Shown: positions 20,158 through 29,841, counted from the first letter of the stretch. The stretch: 64,000 nucleotides of DNA from Candidatus Omnitrophota bacterium (GCA_963662715.1 OY759724.1:1946662-2010661), one strand, 5' to 3'. Notes: a model not told the origin generated them from the letters alone. A program made the numbers and translations.

Positions 20158-21018
20158 ATGTTCCCTATTATCAACAAACAGTTATTGGCGAAAGACGTGA
20201 AGCGGCTTGATATCGTGGCAGAAACGATCGCCGCCAAAGCCCAGCCCGGGCAGTTTGTCATCGTTATGCCGGAAAGAGGCGGGGACTGGATTCCGCTTTC
20301 CATTGTTGAAAGCGATCCTCTGCGGGGCACGGTTTCGTTTATTTTTCAGGAGAAGGGCCCGGCAACGCGTCTGCTGGGTTCTTTATCCATTCAGGAATCC
20401 GTATCCGTTGTCATGGGGCCTCTGGGGAAACCCGCGACGATTAAGAACGCCGGAACGGTTGTCTGTATGGCCTCTGGCACGGGCATTGCATCGATTTTGC
20501 CCATATGCCGCGCCATGAAAAAGAAGGAAAACAAAGTCATCGGGCTGATCGGGGCGGCGCAGAAGAAATCTCTGCTGCTTGAGACTCAAATGAGGCTGGC
20601 GTGTCATTCGCTGATGATCACAACTGAAGACGGTTCTTACGAACGGAAAGGGAACATCGTTGAACTGTTGAAAGAGGTGCTGGATAAAGAACGGGTGAAG
20701 CTGGTTTACGTCATCGGCAATGCGCAGACGATGGAAGAGGCCTGTCAATTAACCCGTCCCAGGAAAATTGAAACGTTGATCCAGGCCAATACGATCATGT
20801 ATTGCGGATCAGGGCTTTGCGGCTCCTGCCGTCTGGAAGTTCAGTCTAAATCTGTTTTGTCCTGTGTCGAGGGGCCTGAGTTCAACGGGCATAAAGTGGA
20901 TTTCGAAAAATTGAAGATCCGTCTGCAGGCCCACGAAAGGACCGGGAAGAATTCGGGGCCTGATAATAATGCTGCCGGGGTGATGAAAAAAATCATATCC
21001 GGATTTTGGGACAATTAA
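20158..21018 (+). CDS. nfnA: NfnA/SudB-like ferredoxin-NADP reductase subunit (PyrK family, FAD/[2Fe-2S])
   Basis: PyrK-like fold with C-terminal 'CGSGLCGSCR' cluster-binding motif. It is directly upstream of the GltD-like gene. Confidence 0.75.
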   Translation: MFPIINKQLLAKDVKRLDIVAETIAAKAQPGQFVIVMPERGGDWIPLSIVESDPLRGTVSFIFQEKGPATRLLGSLSIQESVSVVMGPLGKPATIKNAGTVVCMASGTGIASILPICRAMKKKENKVIGLIGAAQKKSLLLETQMRLACHSLMITTEDGSYERKGNIVELLKEVLDKERVKLVYVIGNAQTMEEACQLTRPRKIETLIQANTIMYCGSGLCGSCRLEVQSKSVLSCVEGPEFNGHKVDFEKLKIRLQAHERTGKNSGPDNNAAGVMKKIISGFWDN

Positions 21019-21086
21019 CCCTGTGCCCGGGAGGATATCCGGACTGGAAGCTTGTCCGGGGCCCGGCATCCGCAGAGGTTTTAAAT

Positions 21087-22448
21087 ATGTTACAGCCTCC
21101 TCAGAAAATTCAGTCTAAAGAAAAACGCGTTAGGAATTTCCGGGAAGTTTGTCAGGGATTCTCCCGCAAGAATGCCGTGAGTGAAGCGCGCCGTTGCCCT
21201 CAATGCAGTGACCCGGTTTGCATGACGGCCTGTCCTTTGAAAATTGATATCCCGGGATTTATCCGTCTTTTAAGGGAAGGGGATTTCCCGGCGTCTTTGC
21301 AGAAAATCAAAGAGCAGAATCCTTTGCCGGACGTTTGCGGCCGGGTATGCCGGGCTCCTTGTGAGCAAGCCTGTGTATTAAAAAAAGAAGGCGATCCCAT
21401 TGCGATCCGGACCTTAGAGCGTTTTGCCGCGGATCACGGCCGGTCTTTTTCGGTGCTGAAGAGAAAACCCCGGCTTCACGGTGCCAAAGTGGCTGTCGTC
21501 GGATCCGGGCCGTCAGGATTGACGGTGGCTTCCTGTTTAGCCCGGCAGAAAATGAACGTTACCGTTTTTGAGTCCTTCCCGTTCCTCGGCGGAATCCTCC
21601 GCTACGGCATCCCGGAATTAAGAATGCCGCAAAAAGTTCTGGACACGCTGACGGATGACATAGAGATGGAGGGCGTTGATTTTAAGACTCTGACACGTAT
21701 CGGCCGGTCTTTATCCATCGAAGAACTGTGGAGCCAGGAGTACAAGGCGGTTATATTAGCGACGGGAACCGGAGGCGCCGCATTGAATCAGATCCCCGGA
21801 CACGACTTGGGGGGCGTCTTTTTCGCGGAAGAATTCCTCATGAAAATGAATGTTGCGGAAACGAGTTACAGCCGCATCCAGGCCGATTTCCACCGTTATA
21901 AGAGAATCGCCGTTTTAGGCGCCGGTCATAAAGCTCTGGACTGTGCCAGATTGTGCCGCCGGCTGGGTAAAGACGTGACACTTGTTTTTCCTTTATCTGA
22001 AGATGACCTGCCTATCCATCCTCAGGAGCGCCGTTTAGCCCTGGAGGAAGGGATCGAGTTTGCCGCCCGGACAAGGCCCCTGGACCTGATAGGAGATGAA
22101 ACTCATTTCGTTCAGGGGGTTCAATGTGACCGGCTGGATTACGCTGATCCTAAAGCTGACGGGCACTGGCAGCTGATGGTCGTCCCGGACTCGGCTTTTA
22201 TTTTTGCCGCAGACGCTGTTATCATCGCATCGGCTCATAAGCCGGACATGTCTTTATACGATGTTATTCCGGGCTTAACCTCAACAAGGGAAGGGTATGT
22301 CTGGGTTGAGGAGCTTTCCATGAAGACGCCGGCCGCCAATGTCTTTGCCGTTGGCGATGTGACGTGCGGTCAATTTGATATTGTTCAGACAATGGCTTCG
22401 GCCAAAAAGATTGTTGAATATGTTGAAAGAGGTCTTATCAGATTATGA
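21087..22448 (+). CDS. nfnB: NfnB/SudA-like subunit (glutamate synthase small-chain family, FAD/NAD(P)-binding with 2x[4Fe-4S])
   Basis: 'RCPQCSDPVCMTACPLKIDIP' and 'CGRVCRAPCEQAC' Cys motifs, 'VAVVGSGPSGL' Rossmann motif. AGAGG RBS. The start is at 21087. Confidence 0.8.
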   Translation: MLQPPQKIQSKEKRVRNFREVCQGFSRKNAVSEARRCPQCSDPVCMTACPLKIDIPGFIRLLREGDFPASLQKIKEQNPLPDVCGRVCRAPCEQACVLKKEGDPIAIRTLERFAADHGRSFSVLKRKPRLHGAKVAVVGSGPSGLTVASCLARQKMNVTVFESFPFLGGILRYGIPELRMPQKVLDTLTDDIEMEGVDFKTLTRIGRSLSIEELWSQEYKAVILATGTGGAALNQIPGHDLGGVFFAEEFLMKMNVAETSYSRIQADFHRYKRIAVLGAGHKALDCARLCRRLGKDVTLVFPLSEDDLPIHPQERRLALEEGIEFAARTRPLDLIGDETHFVQGVQCDRLDYADPKADGHWQLMVVPDSAFIFAADAVIIASAHKPDMSLYDVIPGLTSTREGYVWVEELSMKTPAANVFAVGDVTCGQFDIVQTMASAKKIVEYVERGLIRL

Positions 22449-23284
22449 AAAAGCGATTGACCCCCGAGGATATTCTTGAAAAGAAACGGCAAGGTCGCAG
22501 GCTGACGATGCTTACAGCGTATGACTATGCGTTCGCGCAGCTCATTGACAGCTGCGGCATTGATATGATTCTGGTCGGGGATTCTTTGGCGAATGTTGTC
22601 CTGGGCCTGGGTTCAACAAGGGACGTTGATATTGATATCATGCTGCACCACGCTAAAGCCGTTAACCGGGGCGTGTCGAAAGCCCTCCTGATAGGAGATC
22701 TTCCGTATTCTTCCTGTCATGCAGCTCCGGGGCAAACGGTCAAAGACGCCCGGAGATTCTTGGATGAGGCCGGATGCGATGCCGTTAAGATAGAATGGTT
22801 TGAAAATTGCGCGCCGTCTGTTGAAGCTTTGCGGCAGGCCCAGATTCCGGTGATGGGGCATGTCGGTTTGACGCCGCAGACCGCTGAACAATTGGGCGGA
22901 TTTAAGGTTCAGGGCAAGGGCGCTGAAAAGGCTCAGCAAATTCTGACACAGGCCAGATGGCTTGAGGACAAGGGGTGTTTCGGTGTTGTCCTGGAATGTG
23001 TCCCCGACCGTTTGGCGCAGATAATTACGGGCCAGCTGACCATCCCCACGATCGGAATAGGGGCCGGTCCCTATTGCGATGGTCAGGTTCTTGTAACGCA
23101 CGATGCCCTGGGGCTGTTTGAAAGTTATCAGCCGAAGTTTGTTAAAACCTTTATGTCCGCAGGGTCCTTGATCCAAAAAGCCGTTAAAGAGTTTCAGGAT
23201 GAGGTTGTCAACGGAACTTATCCGGATGATCAGCATTCTTATCATATGCCGGATGAAGAGTTTGCAAAGCTGCAAAAGGGTTGA
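22445..23284 (+). CDS. panB: 3-methyl-2-oxobutanoate hydroxymethyltransferase (ketopantoate hydroxymethyltransferase)
   Basis: 'LTMLTAYDYAFAQLIDSCGIDMILVGDSLANV' and 'AVKIE' are PanB hallmarks. It overlaps the nfnB stop by 4 nt. Confidence 0.9.
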   Translation: MKKRLTPEDILEKKRQGRRLTMLTAYDYAFAQLIDSCGIDMILVGDSLANVVLGLGSTRDVDIDIMLHHAKAVNRGVSKALLIGDLPYSSCHAAPGQTVKDARRFLDEAGCDAVKIEWFENCAPSVEALRQAQIPVMGHVGLTPQTAEQLGGFKVQGKGAEKAQQILTQARWLEDKGCFGVVLECVPDRLAQIITGQLTIPTIGIGAGPYCDGQVLVTHDALGLFESYQPKFVKTFMSAGSLIQKAVKEFQDEVVNGTYPDDQHSYHMPDEEFAKLQKG

Positions 23285-23356
23285 AAGGAAACGCTTTTTA
23301 AACTTTCCGGAACAGGTCATCTCTGTATGCTGATAGATGAACCATCGGGGTTATAG

Positions 23357-23680
23357 ATGAAAAAATGTCCGTTTTGCGCAGAAGAGATTCAGGATGAAGC
23401 GATTAAATGCCGTTACTGTAATGAGTTCCTCGATGGCAGGAAACTCAAGGGACGAAAGTCTCCGGACTGGTACTTCAGCAAGACCTTTCTTGTGATCGGT
23501 TTTTGCTGCGTGGGGCCTTTGGTTTTACCCCTGGTCTGGCTTCATCCCCGTTACAGCCGGAATACGAAAATCATTCTTTCTGCGGTGCTTATTATTCTCA
23601 GCTGGATGCTGGGTAAGATGGTTATGAATTATTTATCTTCTATTAGTCAGTATTACAGTATTATTTTTAACTCCATTTAA
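23357..23680 (+). CDS. zinc-ribbon (CPxC...CxxC) membrane protein, hypothetical
   Basis: 'CPFCAEEI...CRYCNEF' N-terminal zinc ribbon, followed by two TM helices. Confidence 0.45.
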   Translation: MKKCPFCAEEIQDEAIKCRYCNEFLDGRKLKGRKSPDWYFSKTFLVIGFCCVGPLVLPLVWLHPRYSRNTKIILSAVLIILSWMLGKMVMNYLSSISQYYSIIFNSI

Positions 23681-23797
23681 TGCGTCAGGAATAACCCGCA
23701 AATCCAGCTTTGATAAACCCCTTGCTTTTTATAAAACTTTTAGTTAGAATATGGCTTCAATTAAATCCTCTTGACTTTATTAAGCTGAAGTGTTGTC

Positions 23798-25105
23798 ATG
23801 CAATCCACTGTTGATATGGACAAAATAGTTTCCCTCTGTAAGCGCCGGGGCTTCATTTTTCAATCATCAGAAATATACGGTGGTTTAGGAAGTGCCTGGG
23901 ATTACGGGCCTTTGGGTGCCGAACTGAAACGCAACGTCAAGGCGGCCTGGTGGAAAGCCGTGGTTCACGACCGGGATGATGTCGTGGGGCTGGATGCCAG
24001 CATCCTTATGCATCCCATGACATGGAAAGCGTCCGGTCATACGGAAAATTTCACTGACGTCCTTGTTGACTGCAAACAGTGCAAAAAACGTTTCCGGCAG
24101 GACCATGTCGGAGATACCTGCCCGAACTGCGGTGCGAAAGATTTTACCGAAGGTCGGGCTTTTAATTTAATGCTTAAAACTCATCTGGGGGCTGTTGAAG
24201 ATGAGGGAAGCGTTGCCTATCTCCGCCCGGAAACCGCGCAGGGTATCTTTGTGAATTTTCCCAATGTCGTGAATGTGACCCGCCGCAAACTGCCTTTTGG
24301 CATTGCCCAGATCGGCAAGTCCTTCCGCAACGAGATTACTCCGGGGAATTTTACGTTCCGGACCCGGGAATTCGAACAAATGGAGATTGAATACTTTACC
24401 CGTCCGGAAGAGGCTCGGGCTTGTCATGAAGAATGGATCCAGGCCCGATATAACTGGTATTTACAGCTGGGGATTCATAAAGACAAACTGCGCCTGCGTC
24501 CGCATGGGGCCGACGAGTTGGCCCATTATGCCGCCGGGTGTACGGATGTCGAATATCAGTTCCCGTTCGGCTGGTCGGAACTGGAGGGGATAGCCAACCG
24601 TACGGATTTTGACCTGCGGCAGCATGCCCAATTCTCCGGCAAGGACCTCAGTTACCAGGACCTCGTGTCACATCAGAAATTTTATCCCTATATTATCGAG
24701 CCTTCCGGCGGTGTCGACCGCGCCACGCTGGCGTTTATCGTTGATGCCTATCATGAAGAGGAGGTCAAAGAGACAAAGAGAGTTGTGTTGAAGCTGCACA
24801 AATCCCTGGTTCCTATCCAGATCGCTTTTCTGCCGCTTTTGAAAAAGAATTCGGATATTGTCACTCTGGCCAAAGCCCTTAAGAAAGAACTGCAAAAAGA
24901 TTTTACCTGCGCCTATGATGACACGGCCTCTATCGGTAAGTTATATAGACGGCAGGATGAAATAGGGACGTTTTACTGCGTGACTGTGGACGTTCAGTCT
25001 CTGGAAGACAAGCAGGTAACGGTCCGCTTCCGCGACACCATGGCTCAGGAGAGGATCGCCGTGGATCAACTTCGGGATTATCTTAAAGCACAATTAGAAT
25101 CTTAA
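23798..25105 (+). CDS. glyQS: glycine--tRNA ligase, alpha2 homodimeric type
   Basis: 'RRGFIFQSSEIYGGLGSAWDYGPLGAELK' and class-II motifs. The start may instead be the ATG at 23816 (MDKIV...). Confidence 0.9.
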   Translation: MQSTVDMDKIVSLCKRRGFIFQSSEIYGGLGSAWDYGPLGAELKRNVKAAWWKAVVHDRDDVVGLDASILMHPMTWKASGHTENFTDVLVDCKQCKKRFRQDHVGDTCPNCGAKDFTEGRAFNLMLKTHLGAVEDEGSVAYLRPETAQGIFVNFPNVVNVTRRKLPFGIAQIGKSFRNEITPGNFTFRTREFEQMEIEYFTRPEEARACHEEWIQARYNWYLQLGIHKDKLRLRPHGADELAHYAAGCTDVEYQFPFGWSELEGIANRTDFDLRQHAQFSGKDLSYQDLVSHQKFYPYIIEPSGGVDRATLAFIVDAYHEEEVKETKRVVLKLHKSLVPIQIAFLPLLKKNSDIVTLAKALKKELQKDFTCAYDDTASIGKLYRRQDEIGTFYCVTVDVQSLEDKQVTVRFRDTMAQERIAVDQLRDYLKAQLES

Positions 25106-25152
25106 AGGTTACACATTTGAGTTTAACAATTATAAAGAAAGGTTGAGAAACG

Positions 25153-27933
25153 ATGGCTAAAAAATATGTTTATTCCTTCGGAGGAGGGAAAGCCGACGGT
25201 AAAGCTGAGATGAAAAATCTTTTGGGCGGCAAAGGTGCCAACTTGGCCGAGATGGCCGGGCATAATGAACTGCGTTTGCCGGTTCCTCCCGGTTTCACCA
25301 TTACAACCGATGTCTGCACCTACTATTATGCGAATAAAAAGAAATATCCGGCGGAGCTCAAAGGGCAGGTAAAATCGGCTTTAGAGAAAGTCGAGAAGAT
25401 CACCGGTAAAAAATTCGGTGATGCCAAGGACCCTCTGCTTGTATCCGTCCGTTCCGGCGCGAGAAAATCCATGCCCGGGATGATGGAAACTGTCTTAAAC
25501 GTCGGGTTGACCCAGAAAACAATCCCCGGGTTGGTGGCTAAAACAAACAACGAACGGTTTGTTTATGACGCCTATCGCCGTTTGCTGACAATGTACGCGG
25601 ATGTCGTTATGGAAAAGGCCGCAGGCATTGAACCGGCAGACGGCCAGGGCATCCGCCGTCAATTAGAAAAGATCCTTGACCGGTATAAAAAAGAGCAGGG
25701 CGTCAAAAATGATTCTGATTTGGGCGCCGATGTTCTGAAGAATCTGTGTGCTGATTATAAAAAGAAAATCAAAGAGGTCTTGGGGAAGGAATTCCCGGAC
25801 AATGCGATGGATCAGCTGTGGGGCGGTATCAGTGCGGTCTTTTCTTCCTGGAACGGAAAGAGAGCTGTGGCCTACCGGGTGATCGAAGGCATTCCGCATG
25901 AATGGGGGACGGCTGTGAACGTCCAGACGATGGCTTTCGGAAACATGGGCGAGAATTCCGCCACCGGTGTGGCCTTTACCCGTAATCCCGGTAACGGGGA
26001 GAATGATTTTTACGGAGAGTTTCTCATTAACGCGCAAGGGGAAGACGTGGTGGCCGGTATCCGGACCCCGGCCCCGATCAACGCGTATTCTCAGACGGAA
26101 TATAACAAGAACCTCGAAACGCTTGAGCAGAATTCCCCGCAGATTTATAAACAGCTGGTCGATATCCGCAACCGTCTGGAAAAGCACTATAGAGACATGC
26201 AGGACATTGAATTCACCATTGAAGAAGGCGTTCTGTATATGCTGCAGTGCCGGGTCGGCAAGCGCAACGGGCCGGCGGCTTTGAAAATGGCTATGGATAT
26301 GCTTAAGTCAAAGCTGATCACGCCGGAAGATGCGATCAGCCGTGTGACACCGGCTCAGCTGGATGAGCTTTTGCATCCTATTATCGATCCGATGCAGGAA
26401 AAAACGGCAACACTTCTCGGGTCGGGGCTGCCGGCAGGCCCCGGCGGCGCAACCGGACAAATCGTGTTCACGGCGGAGGCAGCCGTCGCATGGAAGAAAT
26501 CCGGGAAGCAAGTCATACTCGTCAGAGAGGAAACAAATCCGGAAGACGTGGAAGGCATGCGCGCGGCTGAGGCTATTTTGACAGCGCGAGGGGGGATGAC
26601 CTCCCATGCCGCTTTGGTCGCCCGCGGGTGGGGTAAATGTTGTATCGTCGGGTGTTCGGAAGTGGAAATAGACCACGCTACCAAGAATATGAAAATCGGA
26701 GACAAAGTCCTCCCGGAAGGCTCCTGGATCACCTTAAACGGAACCAAGGGAAAAGTCTATGAGGGCCAGTTGGCGATGATTGACGCCGCTTCTGAGAATC
26801 AGCTTTTAAACGACTTCCTGAAGGTGTGTGATAAAATCCGCACATTAAAAATACGGACAAATGCCGATACTCCGGATGATGCCGCTAAAGCGCGGGCTTT
26901 TGGGGCGGAAGGGATCGGATTGTTCAGAACAGAACATATGTTTTACGGGAAGAATTCTGAGCAGCCCTTATTTAAATTGAGAAAGATGATCGTTTCTCAG
27001 AAACTTGAGGAACGCCGGAAGGCTTTGGATGAATTGTTCCCTTATGTCAAGAATGATATCAAGGGGACTTTGGCCGCCATGGACGGGTTCCCTGTTACGA
27101 TCCGTTTGCTGGATCCGCCGCTTCATGAGTTTGTGCCGCACAATGAAGAGGCTTTGCAGCAGTTAGCCGAGAGCCTGGGGATTACGATGGACATCCTCGA
27201 AAAGCGGGCTTCGCTTTTGAGGGAATCTAACCCGATGATGGGACATCGCGGTGTCCGTCTGGGGGTGACTTATCCGGAAGTTACGGAAATGCAGGTCCGC
27301 GCTGTCCTCGAGGCAGCCGTGGAATGTACCAAGGAAGGCAAAAAAGTCTTTCCGGAGATTATGGTCCCGGTTGTCTGCTCGGTTAAAGAGTTGGAGAATC
27401 AGAAAGAGATCGCTAAACGCGTCTATAAAGAAGTGTGTGAGAAATACAGTGTCAAGACCATTAAGCACATGTTCGGGACAATGATTGAAATCCCCAGAGC
27501 GGCCTTGACGGCTAATAAAATTGCTGACGTCGCGGAATTTTTCTCTTACGGAACGAATGACCTCACTCAGATGAGTTTCGGCTTCTCCCGCGATGATATC
27601 GGCGGGTTCTTGCCGGATTATCTTGAAACGTCGATTTTGCCGGAAGATCCTTTTGCCAGCATCGATGAAGAGGGCGTGGGCGAACTTATAAGCCTGGGGG
27701 TGCAGAGGGGCCGTTCTGTCCGTCCGAACCTGAAGATCGGTATCTGCGGGGAACATGGCGGAGATCCCAAGTCGATCGCATTTTGCCAGAATGTCGGCAT
27801 GGACTATGTCAGCTGTTCGCCTTTCCGTGTTCCGATCGCCCGCTTAGCCGCAGCGCAGGCTGCTTTGGCCGGCGCAAACAAGCCGAAAAAGAAAGCACAG
27901 AAAAAAGTTGCCAAGAAAAAGAGTAGACGTTAA
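25153..27933 (+). CDS. ppdK: pyruvate, phosphate dikinase, carrying an unusual Lys-rich C-terminal tail
   Basis: 'LGGKGANLAEM', the phospho-His region 'GGMTSHAALVARGWGK' and the C-terminal PEP-utilising domain 'RLGVTYPE...GICGE'. The last 30 aa are 'ANKPKKKAQKKVAKKKSRR'. Confidence 0.9.
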   Translation: MAKKYVYSFGGGKADGKAEMKNLLGGKGANLAEMAGHNELRLPVPPGFTITTDVCTYYYANKKKYPAELKGQVKSALEKVEKITGKKFGDAKDPLLVSVRSGARKSMPGMMETVLNVGLTQKTIPGLVAKTNNERFVYDAYRRLLTMYADVVMEKAAGIEPADGQGIRRQLEKILDRYKKEQGVKNDSDLGADVLKNLCADYKKKIKEVLGKEFPDNAMDQLWGGISAVFSSWNGKRAVAYRVIEGIPHEWGTAVNVQTMAFGNMGENSATGVAFTRNPGNGENDFYGEFLINAQGEDVVAGIRTPAPINAYSQTEYNKNLETLEQNSPQIYKQLVDIRNRLEKHYRDMQDIEFTIEEGVLYMLQCRVGKRNGPAALKMAMDMLKSKLITPEDAISRVTPAQLDELLHPIIDPMQEKTATLLGSGLPAGPGGATGQIVFTAEAAVAWKKSGKQVILVREETNPEDVEGMRAAEAILTARGGMTSHAALVARGWGKCCIVGCSEVEIDHATKNMKIGDKVLPEGSWITLNGTKGKVYEGQLAMIDAASENQLLNDFLKVCDKIRTLKIRTNADTPDDAAKARAFGAEGIGLFRTEHMFYGKNSEQPLFKLRKMIVSQKLEERRKALDELFPYVKNDIKGTLAAMDGFPVTIRLLDPPLHEFVPHNEEALQQLAESLGITMDILEKRASLLRESNPMMGHRGVRLGVTYPEVTEMQVRAVLEAAVECTKEGKKVFPEIMVPVVCSVKELENQKEIAKRVYKEVCEKYSVKTIKHMFGTMIEIPRAALTANKIADVAEFFSYGTNDLTQMSFGFSRDDIGGFLPDYLETSILPEDPFASIDEEGVGELISLGVQRGRSVRPNLKIGICGEHGGDPKSIAFCQNVGMDYVSCSPFRVPIARLAAAQAALAGANKPKKKAQKKVAKKKSRR

Positions 27934-27950
27934 TATCATATATTAGCCCT

Positions 27951-27985
27951 GGTGGACAGAAAAGTTCACGGCTTTTCTGTCCACC
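27951..27985 (+). terminator. perfect 14-bp stem hairpin 18 nt after the ppdK stop, with no canonical U-tract (terminator-like or regulatory)
   Basis: GGTGGACAGAAAAG-ttcacgg-CTTTTCTGTCCACC. A TATAAT box follows at 28001-28006. Confidence 0.4.
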
Positions 27986-28178
27986 GGAGATTCTTTCGTG
28001 TATAATATTTCTACCCCGCCAACAGAACTTCACCCCGCAAGATGTCGGGCTGCGATTTCCTTAGGGGCGTTCACCGATAAGGATGTGCTGGGCGGGTGAA
28101 GCATAGTGACCGCCTCCTGTAAACGGAGAGCGTCTAGTGTCTTTTGTAATTTCAGTATTACTTTAATAAAGGAGTTTC

Positions 28179-29000
28179 ATGGATCCGATTAAAGCCTACC
28201 TGAAAGATGTTCGTAAAATTCCGTTATTGACTCCCAAAGAAGAAGTCGAATTGGCCCGCAAAGCCAAAACCGGGGATCAGGAAGCCCGTAATAAAATGAT
28301 CCGCTCGAATTTACGCTTGGTGATCAGTATCGCCAAACGGTATATGAATCTTGGGGTGCCGCTCAGTGATCTCATTGAGGAAGGGAATATCGGGTTGATG
28401 AAAAGTATTGAGAAATTCGACCCGGAGAAAGGTTTTCGTTTCTCGACATATTCCGCCTGGTGGATCAAGCAGGGTATTTCCCGCGCCATTATTGATCAGG
28501 GCAAGATGATCCGTGTCCCTGTCTACATGAATGAGGAAATCTTAAAATATAAAAAGGCTGTCGAGGCTTTAACGCATAAACTCAGACGAAAACCCCGCAT
28601 GAGTGAAGTTGCCAGAAAATTACAGACAACGGTTGAAAAAGTGCGGGAACTGGAGCGGTCTATCGCCAAAATGTCCAGTCTCGACGCCCCTATCGGCAGT
28701 GACGGAGACAGCCAGGTTAAAGATATTATTGAGGATCAGAGTTCGGTCAGCCCGGACGAACAGTTAGAGGTGTTTTTCAACCGTGAACGCGCCCAGAGTT
28801 ATTTGAATATGCTCAATGAACGGGAACGTAAAATCCTCACAATGCGTTATGGCCTGGAAGACGGAAAAACTTATACCCTTGCGGAAATCGCCAAAAAACT
28901 GGGCGTGTCCCGCGAAAGAGTCCGGCAGATTGAAGCGGCGACAATTAAGAAAATACAGTTGCTTATACAGCAACAGGAATCTGAACAAGATGAAAAGTAA
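28179..29000 (+). CDS. RNA polymerase sigma factor, sigma-70 family (regions 2-4, no region 1.1)
   Basis: 'DLIEEGNIGLMKSIEKFDPEKGFRFSTYSAWWIKQGI' (region 2) and the region-4 HTH 'TLAEIAKKLGVSRERVRQIEA'. The RBS is AAGGAG. Confidence 0.85.
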   Translation: MDPIKAYLKDVRKIPLLTPKEEVELARKAKTGDQEARNKMIRSNLRLVISIAKRYMNLGVPLSDLIEEGNIGLMKSIEKFDPEKGFRFSTYSAWWIKQGISRAIIDQGKMIRVPVYMNEEILKYKKAVEALTHKLRRKPRMSEVARKLQTTVEKVRELERSIAKMSSLDAPIGSDGDSQVKDIIEDQSSVSPDEQLEVFFNRERAQSYLNMLNERERKILTMRYGLEDGKTYTLAEIAKKLGVSRERVRQIEAATIKKIQLLIQQQESEQDEK

Positions 29001-29841
29001 AAAGAGGAAAAATACTTTTGTCCTGGTGATTCCGAGTTTTGAGGACTTTTTTCATTCATTTTATGCCGGTGAGATTATTAAAGGCGTCAGTTTCGCGGCA
29101 AGCCGCTTGAAGATAGATATCCTCATTCATATCACGAACCGTTACGATCATCGCGGCTGGCTGGATTCAACCCTTTTAGACCGGAATTACATCGACGGGA
29201 TTATTTTTGCGGATATCGATAATGATGTGCATATTGTCAAAAAATCCATTTGCCGCGGCATCCCGACTTTTGTTTTGAATAATTCCCTTAAGGAGCCGAT
29301 CAACTGCATTTCAGTTGACAACTATAAGGCTTCTTTTGACATCGTGACCTATCTTCTGGAACTCGGGCATACAAAGATCGCCACTATCGCCGGGGACCTG
29401 ACGACACAGGCGGGAGAAAAGCGGTTGGAGGGCTATGAAAAAGCTTTGGCCGCCGCCGAACTTCCTGCCCTGAAATCCTATGTGACCCAGGGGGATTTCT
29501 TGCGCACGTCGGCACGGGTGGCGGCGAAAAAGCTGCTTAAACTCAAGGACCGTCCGACGGCGATTTTCGCCGCTTCTGATGTGATGGCGTTGGAAGTGAT
29601 TGATGTCGCCAGGCAGTTGGATCTGCGTGTCCCTGAGGATATCTCGGTCGTCGGGTTTGATAATAATCCCCTGGCCGCCACCGGTTCTGTCCCTTTAACC
29701 ACAGTATCTCAGCCGCTGGTCGAAATGGGGCGGTTGGGAACCGAACAATTGCAGCTTGTCCGTTGCGGAAAAGCTCAGTTGCCTGTCAAAATGACTTTGC
29801 CGACAAGACTCATTAAGAGGAAATCATCGGCCAGGCCTTAA
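28990..29841 (+). CDS. LacI/PBP-type periplasmic-binding-fold effector domain protein lacking an N-terminal HTH
   Basis: It starts directly in the sugar-binding domain ('VLVIPSFEDFFHSFYAGEIIKGV...IDGIIFA...DNYKASFDIVTYLLELGHTKIATIAG...'). The ATG at 28990 overlaps the sigma gene by 11 nt. The track ORF from 28816 has no HTH-like sequence either. Confidence 0.65.
   Translation: MKSKKRKNTFVLVIPSFEDFFHSFYAGEIIKGVSFAASRLKIDILIHITNRYDHRGWLDSTLLDRNYIDGIIFADIDNDVHIVKKSICRGIPTFVLNNSLKEPINCISVDNYKASFDIVTYLLELGHTKIATIAGDLTTQAGEKRLEGYEKALAAAELPALKSYVTQGDFLRTSARVAAKKLLKLKDRPTAIFAASDVMALEVIDVARQLDLRVPEDISVVGFDNNPLAATGSVPLTTVSQPLVEMGRLGTEQLQLVRCGKAQLPVKMTLPTRLIKRKSSARP

Noticed and set aside
28000-28140. 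Possible SRP (4.5S) RNA or 6S RNA in the GC-rich ppdK-sigma spacer
   Set aside because: The 3' strand loosely resembles the SRP domain IV 3' side (AGGAUGUGCUGGGCGGG). The diagnostic 5' element GGAAGGAAGCAGCC is absent, and I could draw no convincing 6S-like central bubble. I kept it only as an unspecified structured leader in the findings.
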